Below the pieces are notes generated by a model that did not search any database, was not told where the DNA came from, and worked only from the letters and a program-made list of their open reading frames with translations. A program made the position numbers and the translations under genes. A stretch of 64,000 nucleotides of DNA. Source: Fidelibacterota bacterium. Lineage in GTDB: Bacteria > Fidelibacterota > Marinisomatia > SCGC-AAA003-L08 > JACNLC01. Where the stretch lies: assembly GCA_018657495.1 (NCBI GenBank), contig JABHXA010000004.1:83086-147085 (forward strand), written 5' to 3'. This document shows positions 8,024 to 21,100 of this stretch, piece after piece (position 1 is the first letter of the stretch; every line of letters starts with the position of its first letter).

Positions 8024-8458
8024 ATGAAATACAAAACATGGCGACTGATCCATAGGTACTCTTTTGGTACATGGAAATGGTTTATGATTCTAACCAGTAT
8101 TATTCTCATTATCATTTCAATTACCGGTATTGTGCTTATACATGAACACGACACAAATTTCTTCTATAGAGTAAAAGTACCAACCGCAATATTACCTTCC
8201 CAATACGAGGAAAAAATTGACAATATCAGGGCAGCCCAGGGTTCCGCAAAGGCCCATTTCAACAAGGAAGCAAAATCGGTACCTCTTTCCTGGTTAATGT
8301 ATGATTTGCATTCTGGTGAATTCTTTGGTAAATGGACCTGGATTTACTACGATTTAATCTCTCTCGCTCTTATTGTATATAGTGTTAGCGGCATTGTCAT
8401 GTTTGTCGTTTTAAGAAATACTCATAAAAATCAACTGAAAAAAGGAAAACTCAAATGA
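8024..8458 (+). CDS. PepSY-associated TM-helix protein (short form)
   Basis: Two TM helices flank a soluble loop. The N-terminal WRLIHRY...ITGIVLIH and C-terminal LHSGEFFG...SGIVMF are typical of PepSY_TM proteins. Confidence 0.45.
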   Translation: MKYKTWRLIHRYSFGTWKWFMILTSIILIIISITGIVLIHEHDTNFFYRVKVPTAILPSQYEEKIDNIRAAQGSAKAHFNKEAKSVPLSWLMYDLHSGEFFGKWTWIYYDLISLALIVYSVSGIVMFVVLRNTHKNQLKKGKLK

Positions 8459-8886
8459 AAAAACTTTTTATATCTGTTGCAATTGTCTCATTAATCATTT
8501 TGTCATGTTCAGAAACCTCCTCAGGGAATTCTGATTTATATGGTGACAATATCACTATCGAGACATCAACAGCTCTTGCCACCATATTGGCTGATAGAGA
8601 TGCCAATGTGGGAATGGAATTTAAAATAGAAGGCGTCATGGTAGAGGTCTGCCAGAAAAAAGGCTGCTGGATAAATTTTAAAGATGGTGAAGAAATTATT
8701 ACTGTCCGTTTTAAAGACTATGGTTTTTTTATGCCAAAGGACGGAGCCGGCAGAAAAGCAAAAATCCAAGGATTTCTTGTTCACAATACTTTTGAAGAAA
8801 CGAATGATGCCGGCCAGATTATACGTACCGATTCATATGAAATAGTTGCAAGCGCCGTAGAATTGGCCAAGTCTGAAAAGTTCTAA
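8455..8886 (+). CDS. DUF4920-like periplasmic/lipoprotein
   Basis: It has a signal peptide with LSC, and the motif VCQKKGCWINF...RFKDYGFFMPKD fits my recollection of DUF4920. The start overlaps the previous stop. Confidence 0.5.
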   Translation: MKKLFISVAIVSLIILSCSETSSGNSDLYGDNITIETSTALATILADRDANVGMEFKIEGVMVEVCQKKGCWINFKDGEEIITVRFKDYGFFMPKDGAGRKAKIQGFLVHNTFEETNDAGQIIRTDSYEIVASAVELAKSEKF

Positions 8887-8917
8887 TATCTAAATATACT
8901 TACCGTAAAAAAATCTG

Positions 8918-8950
8918 GATGGCAGGATAATAATCCTGTCATCTTTTTTT
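8918..8950 (+). terminator. Rho-independent terminator
   Basis: An 11-bp stem, GATGGCAGGAT (8918-8928) / ATCCTGTCATC (8933-8943) with one G-U pair, is followed by T7 (8944-8950). Confidence 0.8.
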
Positions 8951-9061
8951 CATTTCGTTGCAACTTTTTACGTTGAACAGATGCCCATAAAGTGGTACTT
9001 TACAATTATCTATTTACGCCAAAATATATAAACAAAATTCCACTTCAAGGAGATTTAACAC

Positions 9062-9136
9062 ATGTCTGCTAAGAGATATTTTCTATTATTTGCTGTATGC
9101 GCTAGTTTATCCATATTTAACACCGCCTATTCTCAA
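9062..9136 (+). other. Signal peptide of the giant protein
   Basis: MSAKRYFLLFAVCASLSIFNTAYSQ has a basic n-region, a hydrophobic core and an AYS-Q cleavage-like site. Confidence 0.7.
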
Positions 9137-12100
9137 GATGATCCGCCTGCTGAATTTGAGTACAATCAGTCCTCCCAGCAGGCTTTTTATTTCCTACAAT
9201 CTGCCAATATTGAATCTGTTGAATTGGCAGCTGATGACTGGATAGCTGTATTTAAAAATGGCGTCTGCGTTGGTGCAGCAATCTGGGAAGGTCTTAATAC
9301 AACATTAACGGCGCAGGGAGACCAGGGTGAAGATTGGACAGTTGGTTACCTTGTTGACGGCGATATCCCTGATTTCGTTGTATATGATGCATCGGAAGGG
9401 ATATTTCTTGACCAAGTTATGGCCAGTGATGTCCATGATATTAATGATGTCCCTATTAGTCTTGAATGGCATAGTGGTGGTCCATTTATTTTCATTGGCT
9501 CATTAGATGCTTATATCCGACCACTTGAATTTATTTTTAATCAATCCTCCTTACAGGCAAATTATTTCATAATCTCAGCCGTGATCAATACCAGCGAAAT
9601 CAGTACGGATGACTGGATCGGTATTTTCAACGGTGATATATGCGTCGGTGCTGCTCAATGGGCCGGTGAATGGACCCTCGTTCCTGCCATGGGTGATAAT
9701 GGCTTAGACTGGACGGTAGGTTATATGGAAAGTGGGGGAATCCCATCATTCCAGATTTGGGATGCATCCATTGATTCAATTTTTACAACCACTGAAACCA
9801 CAGGTGTAGATCCAGGTCTCGAATGGGCCAATTTGGCTTTTATTAATATTGACCAATTAGCTGCTATAACTGTTGATTGTAATGGAGATGATGGCGGCAG
9901 CGCTATTCTTGATGAATGCGGTAACTGTGTTGAGGGTAGTACAGGTTTACTTTTTAATTATGCCATGGATTGTCTTGGTGTCTGTGAAGGAACAGCAGTT
10001 GAAGATTGTGCTGGCGTGTGTGATGGTTCGTCATTAGAAGATGATTTTGATGGTTGTTGTGAAGAGTTTACCACTTTTTATGCGGATACTGACATTGACA
10101 CCTTTGGTGATCTTGAAAATAGCATTCAGGCTTGTGACCTTCAAGATGGTTATGTTGCCAACTCCAATGACTGTGATGATACAAATGTAAATATAAATCC
10201 GGATGCTACTGATGCAAATTGCGATGGTGTTGATGATAATTGTAATGATGTCTCAGATGATCAATATGGTGCAACTGCTACTGTTTGTGGTGTCGGTGTT
10301 TGTGAGTCAAATGGTGTTTTAGATTGTATAGATGGTTTTGAAATCGATTCCTGCGTTGAAGGTGACCCTACCGGTGACGATACAGATTGCAATGGTTTTG
10401 ATGAAGATTGCAGTGGCACAGCCGATGATAATTATGTAGCGCCTGACACCGAATGTGGTGAAGGTGTATGTTTCTCAACTGGTATATTGGAATGTATTGA
10501 TGGTAGCCCATTTGATACTTGCGAAGAAGGATTACCCGCCGGTGATGATACCGATTGTAACGGTATTGACGAAGATTGCAGTGGCGGTGCAGATGATAAT
10601 TATGTAACGACTGACACTGAATGTGGTGAAGGTGTATGTTTCTCAACTGGTATATTGGAATGTATTGATGGTGGGGAAGTTGACTCTTGTGTTGAAGGAG
10701 ACCCTACCGGTTTAGATGATGATTGTAATGGTATCGACGAAGATTGTAGTGGCACAGCAGATGATAATTATTTGGCAACCGACACCGAATGTGGTGAAGG
10801 CGTATGTTTCTCTACTGGTACACTAGAATGTATAGATGGTGGGGAAGTTGACTCCTGTGTTGTAGGTGATATTACAGGACTAGATGATGATTGTAATGGT
10901 TTTGACGAAGATTGCAGTGGCACAGCTGATGACAATTATGTATCAACAAGCACAGAATGTGGTGAAGGAGTGTGTTTCTCTACTGGTTCTTTGGAATGTA
11001 TTGATGGTAGTCCATTTGATACTTGCGAGGAAGGATTACCTACTGGTGATGATACTGATTGTAATGGTGTTGATGAAGATTGTGCAGGTGGCGCAGATGA
11101 TAATTATCTTGCTGCCGAAACTGAATGTGGTGTTGGTGTTTGTATTGCAACAGGATTTTTAGAATGTGTAGATGGTGGGGAAGTTGATTCCTGTGTTGAA
11201 GGTGATCCCGCCGGTGATGATACCGATTGTGATGGGTTGGATGACGATTGCAGTGGGGCAGCGGATGATAATTATGTCGCCACTGCCACTGTTTGCGGAG
11301 TTGGAGTATGCGAATCGATTGGTGTATTAGATTGTATTGATGGCAATGAAGAAAATTCTTGTGTGGAAGGTGAAATAACAGGTGATGACACGGATTGTAA
11401 TGGGTTGGATGACGACTGTAGCGGTTTTGCCGATGATAATTATATCATTGATGATTCATGTTTTGTAGCTGGTGATTGTGTCATTGGCAATGTAGAATCA
11501 AGCTGTATAGATGGTACTCCAACTGAGTGCCTCGCAGGCGAAGATTTTATAGATGAATGCTCAGGTGAATGTTGTGATGGTGATACTGGTATTGAATGTT
11601 CATATTTTAATGCACAGGATGACTTCAGTGGATACTATGATTGTGCCGGTGTTTGTGATGGTTTTAGTTATGAAGATCCATGCGGTACCTGTGATGACGA
11701 TCCTTTAAATGATTGCACATATAGTTATTTTGAGGCAGTTTATGATACAATTCCCGATAATGGGACTTCTCAGTTGATTATTTTTGATGCTGGCATTACT
11801 TCATTATCAATTGGTGATGAAATTGCCATATTTGACGCCGCAGGACTAGATATTACCAATATTGAAAATTGTAATGGCAATATTGGTGAAGTAATGGTTG
11901 CGTCGGGGACATACTGGGGTGGTGTGCAAACTGAGATGGTTGCTACCGGATCTATTGATAATTGCGCCTTTGGCGGTTCAATGATGCCAGGTTGGATATC
12001 CGGCAATTCAATTGTTATCAGAGTATATAAACACGATGAAGAGATTGAATATGAAACTGTAGCCACATACAATGTGGGAAATGGTGTATTCGGTGATATT

Positions 12101-15100
12101 TTTACCAGCGTCGGCGAACTTACCTTAGTCGAAGATCAAAATATTGTTATAAACGAATTTTTCTTTAGAAACAGCAATTCTGATGTACCTGATTATATAG
12201 AATTATATAATACAGAGGATGTAGCTGTTGATTTGGCTGGATGGACAATTAATGGTGAAACAATAGTTTCAGGAATTATAGATTCTGCTGGATATTTCCT
12301 TTTAGCTACTGAAGATCCTTTCTATGATGCCAATGGCACTGAATATTTTGCCGGTGAAAATCTTCCAAACTCTGCCATGGTCGATATTAGCTTAGGTACC
12401 AGTTCCGATGGTTTAATCCTTGTCTCTGCTGTCGGCGCAGTCGTTGATGAAGTATCATATAATATTGACGAATGGCCAACCGGTTCTATTAATAGTGGGT
12501 ATGCTGTTGAATTAAAAAATGAGGATTTTGATAATTCACTGGCTGGAAACTGGGGTCAGGTTGAAGAAACACCAATTGGAACCTATATGTATCTTGATAG
12601 CGGTGACGACTGGGATTTTGGTTCTCCGCTGGCAATAAATACTGTATGGGAAGGACCTATAGAGGGGTGTATGGATTCTCAGGCATGTACTTATGATCCC
12701 TTGGCAAATATAAATGTACCCGAAGATTGCTTATATGATGCCATTTATTATGCCGATGTGGATGGTGATGGTTTTGGCGCTGGAGTTGGTGAGATTTTCT
12801 GTCCTGGTGATGAAACACCAGGTTGGGTCAGTAATACAGATGACCCCGAACCAGATTGCCCAAATATCACACCAGATATTTTACAGGTTGATGATTGTGG
12901 TGTATGTATTTGTTATGATGAAGATAATGAATTCTGTGAACCTACAGAATGGAATGAAGATATGGATTGTGCCGGAGAATGTTTTGGACCTGCTGTTTTA
13001 GACGATTGTTTGCATTGTTCCGGTGGCAACTCTGGACATATAGCCAATTCTGAAATCGATGAATGTAATGTTTGTCCGGAAGGATATTTAGCAATTGACG
13101 GAACTCCTCTTCCTCCTGATCCGGAATATATATATCTAGATGGTCCAGATTGCTTAGAAGTTTGTTTTGGTGATGCCGAGTTTGATGCCTGTGATATTTG
13201 TGAAGGTGGAAATGAAGAAATTCTCCCGGATTTCTGTGTTGGTCCCGACTGTGATTGTGAGGGTGTCTGTTTTGGTGATGCCGAGTTGGCAACATTCTGT
13301 TTAGACACCGATGGTGATGGTCTTGGAAACCCCGGGACAGAATATGAATATTGCGAGGGGCTTCCGGATGGCGGATATGTCCCAAATTGTGACGATGAAC
13401 ACCCTGATTGCTTCGAAAACTTCTTTGATTGTCTTGGTGAATGCGGTGGACCAGCTATAGAAGATTGTGCCGACGAATGTAATGGTAATGCACAAATAGA
13501 AGTTTTCTGTATCGATGAAGATCAGGATGGATATGGTGCATTTGGCTCAGAAACTGAATATTGTGATACCCAACTACCAGATCCAGATTTATGGATAACA
13601 GATTGTACTGACCAATGTGATGATATTTTTGGTATTGTATGTACCAATGTAATGGTAGTGGAAATTGATCCAACAGGTATATCTCAACTTATTATTTTTG
13701 AAAATACCATCACGGGTTTAATACCTGGAGATGAAGTTGGTATATTCGATCTAAATGGTTTGGATGCCACCAATGAAGGCAATTGTGAAGGAAATACTGG
13801 TGAAGTAATGGTTGGTGCCGGTTTATGGGAAGGTGACCAACTCAATATTGCTGCTATAGGTTCCGTTGACAATTGTGCCTTTGGTGCTACGATGCTGCCA
13901 GGTTATGTTAATGGAAATTCAATTGTTGTAAGGGTATACAGACCATCTGATGATATAATTTATGATACCAATCTCACCTTCAGTATAGGTAACGGTGTCT
14001 ATGGAGATATATTCTCTAACATTTCAGAAATTACATTTGCCCAATCTTATGATGTAGTTATCAATGAGTTCTTCTTTAGAAATCAAAATTCAGATGCTCC
14101 TGATTATGTGGAGCTTTATAACAATGAAACTGAAAATGTTGATCTGGCAGGCTGGACATTTAATGGTGAAGTAATTTCCTCTGGTACAATAAGTGCTGGC
14201 GGTTACTTCCTTATATCTATTGATGATCCTTTCTACGATGTCAGCGGTGAAGACTATTTTGCTGGTGTGGATTTTCCAAATAGTGCCTTTGCTGATATCA
14301 GCCTTGGTACCTCTTCTGATGAATTGGTTCTTGTTGCTAACGATGGCACCCCCATTGATGAAGTAAATTATAGTGCCGATGCCGGTTGGCCAACAGGATT
14401 GCCAAATCGCGGTTATGCCGTTGAATTGATTAGTCCAACACTTGATAACAGCCTGTTAATCAACTGGGCCCGTGCCCTTGAAGACCCTGTAGGCAGTTAT
14501 ATGTATAATCCCACTGGTGACGGCTGGGACTTTGGCTCTCCCCTTGAAGTAAATACTGTATTTGAAGAAGACGTCACAGAAGTACTAGGCTGTCCAGATG
14601 TTGATGCATGTAACTTTAATCCTGAAGCCAATATCGATGACGGCTCCTGTGAATACGATGCTACTTATTATGCCGATGTAGATGGTGATGGATTTGGTTT
14701 TGGTGATGGTGTGGTTTTCTGTGGCAATCCTGGCGAAGGTTGGGTAAGTAATAATCTCGATCAAGAAGAAAACTGCTGGAATCCAACACCTGAAACATTA
14801 CTTGTGGATGATTGCGGTGTCTGTAACGGAGAAAATGCCAGTATGGATTGTGCCGGTGTTTGTGATGGTACAGCACTAATCGATAACTGCGATGAATGTG
14901 TCCTCCCAGGAAATGAATGCGTACAAGACTGTAACGATGTTTGGGGTGGAAGTGGTCAACCAGATGCTTGTGGCGTTTGTGATGGTGACAACTACGAATT
15001 AGTCCCCGATTTCTTTGTTGGTCCTGATGCTGATTGCGCCGGTGTTTGTGATGGTGCCAGTTATGAAGATGAATGTGGTGTGTGTGATGATGACCCATCA

Positions 15101-18100
15101 AACGACTCATTCTATAACAGTTCTGAAGACTTTGGCGGAATATATGATTGTGCTGGTGTTTGTGATGGAGACAGCTACTTTGACGAATGCGGAGTTTGTG
15201 ATGATTTAGTCGAAAACGATAATGCTGATATGGATTGTCTTGGTGTCTGTTATGGTCCAAATCTGGAAGATGAATGTGGAACATGTGATGACGACACTCT
15301 CAATGATTGTATCCAGGATTGTGCTGGCGTCTGGGGTGGAGAATCATACCCGGATGAATGCGGTGTCTGTGATGATGACCCTGCAAACGATTCCTATTGG
15401 AATAGTTCAGCAGATTTTGGTGGAGTTTACGATTGTGCAGGAGATTGTTTTGGAGCCCTTATAGTTGACGATTGTGGTATTTGCGATGGTGACGGCAGCA
15501 GCTGCGATACGCCAATTGTCCTTGATCAGAGTTTATTTACTGACGAAAATACTGCACTTGATTTTGCCCTGACAGCACTCGATGTTGATCCATTAGAATT
15601 TCTACTTGTTGTTGATCCTCTCAGCGGTTCATTAGAATGCACTGATGGTACCGATATAAATTGTACCTATACACCAAATACAGGGTTTAGTGGAATTGAT
15701 CAATTCCAATACCAGGTGTTTGATGGTACATGGTTATCAAATCTTGGTACAGTGACAATCACTGTAAATAGCATTTCATCTCCACCAGTAGCTGAATCTT
15801 TTGGTCTGGAACTTGATGAAGATCAGGATCTTCTCTTGTATCTCATTGGCTCCAGTGGTGATGTTGATGATGATATGCTTGAATTCCAGATTACGTCATT
15901 TCCATCAAATGGTGACTTGAGCGCTGATCGTGCTCTTGAATCATATACCTATTCTCCATTTGACAATTACAATGGATCAGATAGTTTCACCTATACCGTA
16001 TTTGACGGTAACCTCACATCAGAAGAAGCGACTGTAGATCTAAATATCCTGCCTATGAACGATGCCCCGATTATAGAATCTGTTGATCCAGTTGGCGATA
16101 GCTTTGAAATTTTTGAGAATACATTTATCGATATAACCGTTAATGTTAACGAAGTGGATGGCGATGACTTTACTCTTGAATTCCCAGGTATGCCAGTCAA
16201 TGGTGAGCTGACTTATTTTGCAGGTCAGGATAACTTTATTTATACACCAACTCCTGGCTTTTCCGGTGGTGAGGTGATTACTGTACAAGCGGTAGAAACT
16301 GCAACTGGGGATTTACTTGCCTCCGCTCCAGCTGTAATTGAAATTACAATTCTACCTATCGAGCATACTCCAATTGCCTATGATGTCATTGAAGATTTAT
16401 TTGAAGATAGTGAAAATTTCCATATTTCTCTGATTGCCATTGATCCAGATGGGGATGCAATTGAATTCTTTATTGATCAGTCTCCAGATCATGGTTTACT
16501 GAATCTACATGGGGATTATGTGGAATATTCACCAGATGAAAATTATAATGGTACAGATGAATTCACATATTATGCCAGTGATGGTTCAAGTGATAGCGAT
16601 CCTGCAACTGTACATATTAATGTCATTCCTGTGAACGATCCACCAGATATTGCCGATGAGAATTTTACCGATGTCTCAGATGGATTTACATTTAACCTTC
16701 CCACAACTGACATTGATGGCGATGATCTTTCCGTAACATTTATTCCAGAAGTTGACGGTATTGGTCTCGCTTATCTTGGTGGTACGGTTACTCCACTTGG
16801 TAATGGTGAATATATGTACAATGTGGCAAATAATATGACAGACTGGGATATGATATTTATGAATGTTACTGATGGTGAAATAACCGTCAACGCCAGTATA
16901 CAGTTCAACATCACAGGTGGATTACAGCTTATGTCACGTGATGCGCCAAATGCCCTGGATCAATCAGTAGATGTGACAGAAGATGTTGTATCGGTTATCA
17001 CCCTCATTGGTGTTGACATTGGTTTTATCATGGATAATACTGCCACAGTTCAAATTACTCAGGACCCAATTAACGGATCAATTTCCGTACCGGTTCTGCA
17101 GAATGTTTTTGTCGAAAATGTCGCCAACTGGAATCTGAATTATACACCAAATGGAGATTTCTTTGGTTCGGATAGTATCAAATATCAGGTTACAAATCCA
17201 AATAATACCGATGGCAATACATCTGGTGAAGGAACCGTTTTGATAACTGTGCATCCAGTAAATGATATTCCATCTTTAACCGTTATTTCAAATACGGCAA
17301 TTGATGAAGATACTCAGACGACTTTAACGATGAATGGCACAGATCCCGATAATACATTAGTAATGACAGCCCTTTCAACGGATCCATCCAATCTGACCCT
17401 AGAGATTTCCGGTCTGGATTTGACTTTAGTACCGGCGGCAAATTATAATGGCGCTGTTGTGGTAACTGCAACCGTTACGGAAGCTGATGGCGATGATAAT
17501 TATACGGCTGTTCAGTCATTTACCTTGACGATAGATCCAATAAATGATACACCGGTAATGACACCGGTCACAGATATTTCAATGGCTGAAGAAGGTGTTT
17601 ATAATCTATCTATGAGTGCCTCAGATATTGATGGTGATAATTCCTTCACCTATAATGCTAGCTCAGATAACAATAGTTTAATTAGTCTGGCAATCGATGG
17701 CAATCAATTAACAATTACAGGTGAGCTAGATATGTCTGGTACAGCCACGGTTACTGCAAATGTAGATGACGGTGGCAATGTAAACTCTCAATCTGAGAGT
17801 ATTACTTTTGATGTAACTGTAAATAATACCAATGACGCACCGCTTGTAAATGTCAGCACGCCGGGAGCTGTGAATGAAGATGGCGCTAATGTTGTGCTCA
17901 ACTTTACACCAAGCGATGCGGATGATGATCAGGTAACTATAACATACAGTTATAATAATGATCAATTATTCCCAGAAGGATCGGTAGACTTAAATCTGTC
18001 TGTTGGAGATAGTGGTACTGCAAGAACGATTACAATGAATCCTGCTGAAAATGCCAGTGGAACGGCCATTTTAATTATTACTGCAGATGATGGTTCAGTT

Positions 18101-21100
18101 ACCTCATCTGAACAGGTAACTATTACTGTGAATGCAACAAACGATGCACCTGAAATGGTTGCCATTGGCAATCAAAATGTCAATGAAGACCAGGTGAAAA
18201 CAGTGGCTCTCGCCGCCAGTGATGCCGATAATCTTGCCAATGAACTGACATTCTCTGTTACCGCTGGAACAAATATAACCGCCTCTGTAAGCGGTAATGA
18301 ACTTACCTTGACCCCGGATGCAAATTATAACGGTTCCGAATCATTCACTGTAACCGTGACAGATGGTACCAATGAAGATTCTTCTACCTTCCTGTTGACA
18401 GTAGATCCAGTACCGGATTCACCAGTGATAACTTCAACTGCCGGTATAGAAGCTGTAGAAGGTATCGAATATACCTACCAGGTTGTTGCTACCGATGTCG
18501 ATGAAGAATCTCTAGAATATAGTTTATCCTCTGAACCTGCTGGTATGGCTGTTGACGGTCTCGGGTTAATCACCTGGACACCTGCAGACGGAATTTCAAC
18601 ATCCGGCACAGTGACACTCACAGTTGCCGATCCTGGTGGATTGGTGGCAATAGAGAATTTCACAATAAGTGTCAGTGATGTGGATTGTAATGGTCTTCAA
18701 GGTGGAACTGCGTTAGAAGATGATTGTGGTGATTGTGTGGACCCAGCAAACTTTAATGATGCCATGGATTGTAATGGTGTCTGCGATGGCACTGCTGTAA
18801 CAGATAATTGTGGTGACTGTGTCGAAGGTGATACAGGTTTAACATTTGATGGTGCCATGGATTGTAATGGCGTTTGTGATGGTACTGCTGTCACAGATGA
18901 ATGTAGTAATTGTGTTGATCCTTCCGACTTTAACGAAGCCATGGATTGTAATGGCGACTGTGATGGAACTGCCTTAACCGATGATTGTGGTGACTGTGTG
19001 GAAGGTAATACTGGCATCACATACAACGAAGCTATGGATTGTGCCGGTGTCTGCGATGGTGTCTCTTATGAAGATGATTGCGGCATCTGTGATAACAATG
19101 TTGACAACGATAATATTGATATGGATTGTGACGGTGTCTGTTTTGGTCCCAATCTGGAAGATGAATGTCTTACCTGCGATGACGATCCATTAAATGACTG
19201 TGTACAGGATTGTGCCGGTATTTGGGGTGGTACTGCATACGAAGATGAATGTGATGTCTGTGATGATGACCCACTAAATGACTGTGTACAGGATTGTGCC
19301 GGTGACTGGGGTGGTGATGCCTATGCAGATTTATGCGGTATATGTGATGATGATCCATTAAATGATTCGTTTTATATTGACCAAACAAATTTTGGTGGTG
19401 CCTATGACTGTAATGAAGTCTGCGAAGGAGATTGGGTCACTGATGACTGTGATGACTGTGTAGATCCTGAAAACTTTGATGAAGCCGATCTTGGTTGTGG
19501 CTGTGATGAACCAGCAGCAATTGAATACTGTCATGATACCGATAGTGATGGCAATGGTAATCCAGGCACTCAGACAGAATATTGTGCTGACGAATTACCA
19601 TTTGGCTGGGTAGTCAGTGATTCATGTGATGATCCCGATCCTGATTGTGCCACGGATGACACCGATGATTGTGGCGTTTGTGCAGGTAACAATGCCGATA
19701 TGGATTGCGATGGAGTTTGTTTTGGTAATTCATTGGAAGATATGTGTAACACTTGTGATAACAATCCTGATAACGACTGTGAACAGGATTGTGCTGGTGT
19801 TTGGGGTGGTGACTCTCTGACAGATGATTGCGGTATTTGTGATAATGATCCACTAAATGATAATGCTGACATGGATTGTGCTGGCGTTTGTTTTGGTGAT
19901 TCATTAGAAGATAATTGCGGAGTTTGTGATAATGATCCACTAAATGATGATGCCGACATGGATTGTGCTGGTGTTTGTTTTGGATCTTCACTTGAAGATA
20001 TGTGTGGAGTTTGTGATAATAATCCTGATAATGATTGTGAACAAGACTGTGCTGATGTCTGGGGTGGTGACTCACTGACAGATAATTGTGGTGTTTGTGA
20101 TAATGATCCACTAAATGATGATGCTGACATGGATTGTGCTGGCGTTTGTTTTGGTTCAAACCTGGTAGACGAATGCGGTGTTTGTGATGATGATGACACG
20201 AATGATTGTATCCAGGATTGTAACGATGTTTGGGGTGGTGATTCGTTAGAAGATGCCTGCGGTGTCTGTGATAATAATCCTGACAATGATAATTTAGATG
20301 ATGGTTCTGGCTTTATTACTGGACCTGATGCCGATTGCGCTGGTGTCTGTGATGGACTAAGTCTTGAAGATGAATGCGGAGATTGTGACGATGATGATAC
20401 TAATAATTGTGTACAGGATTGTAATGGCACATGGGGTGGATCATTTGTAATGGATGACTGTAGTGATTGTGTAGATCCTGCCGATTTAAATGGAGCCATG
20501 GATTGTAATGGTGTCTGTGATGGATTAGCTGTTACTGATGATTGCGGTGATTGTGTTGAAGGTGATACAGGTGCTGATTTCAATGATGCAATGGATTGTG
20601 CTGGAGTCTGTGATGGATTAAGCCTAGTAGATGAATGTGGCGTTTGTGATGATGATGACACAAATAATTGTACTCAGGATTGTGCCGATGTTTGGGGCGG
20701 TGATTCATTAGAAGATGCCTGTGGTGTCTGTGATAATAATCCTGACAACGATAATCTTGATGATGGTTTTGGTTTTATTACCGGACCTGATGCCGATTGT
20801 GCTGGTATATGTTTTGGAACTTCTGAAGTAGATGAATGCGGAGTCTGTGACGATGATGATACCAATGATTGTGAACAAGATTGTAATGGAACCTGGGGCG
20901 GATCATTTGTGATGGATGACTGCGCTGATTGTGTCGATCCGGCAAACTTTAATGACGCCATGGATTGTACTGGTCTTTGCGATGGTACTTCAATAGAGGA
21001 CGATTGTGGCGATTGTGTCGATCCTGCAGATTTTAATGCTGCCATGGATTGTAATGATGTCTGTAACGGTCTCAGTCTTGAAGATGATTGCGGTGTTTGC

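Noticed and set aside
19570-20661. A 363-aa minus-strand ORF inside the giant gene, with many shorter ones (for example 20674-21204, 19614-20159, 14661-15284, 12913-13385).
   Set aside because: The translations are low-complexity S/Q/T/P/H strings (SQTPAQS...). They are the mirror image of the plus-strand GAT/GAC/TGT/GGT codon bias, which leaves the antisense frames stop-free. They have no start context or domain signal.
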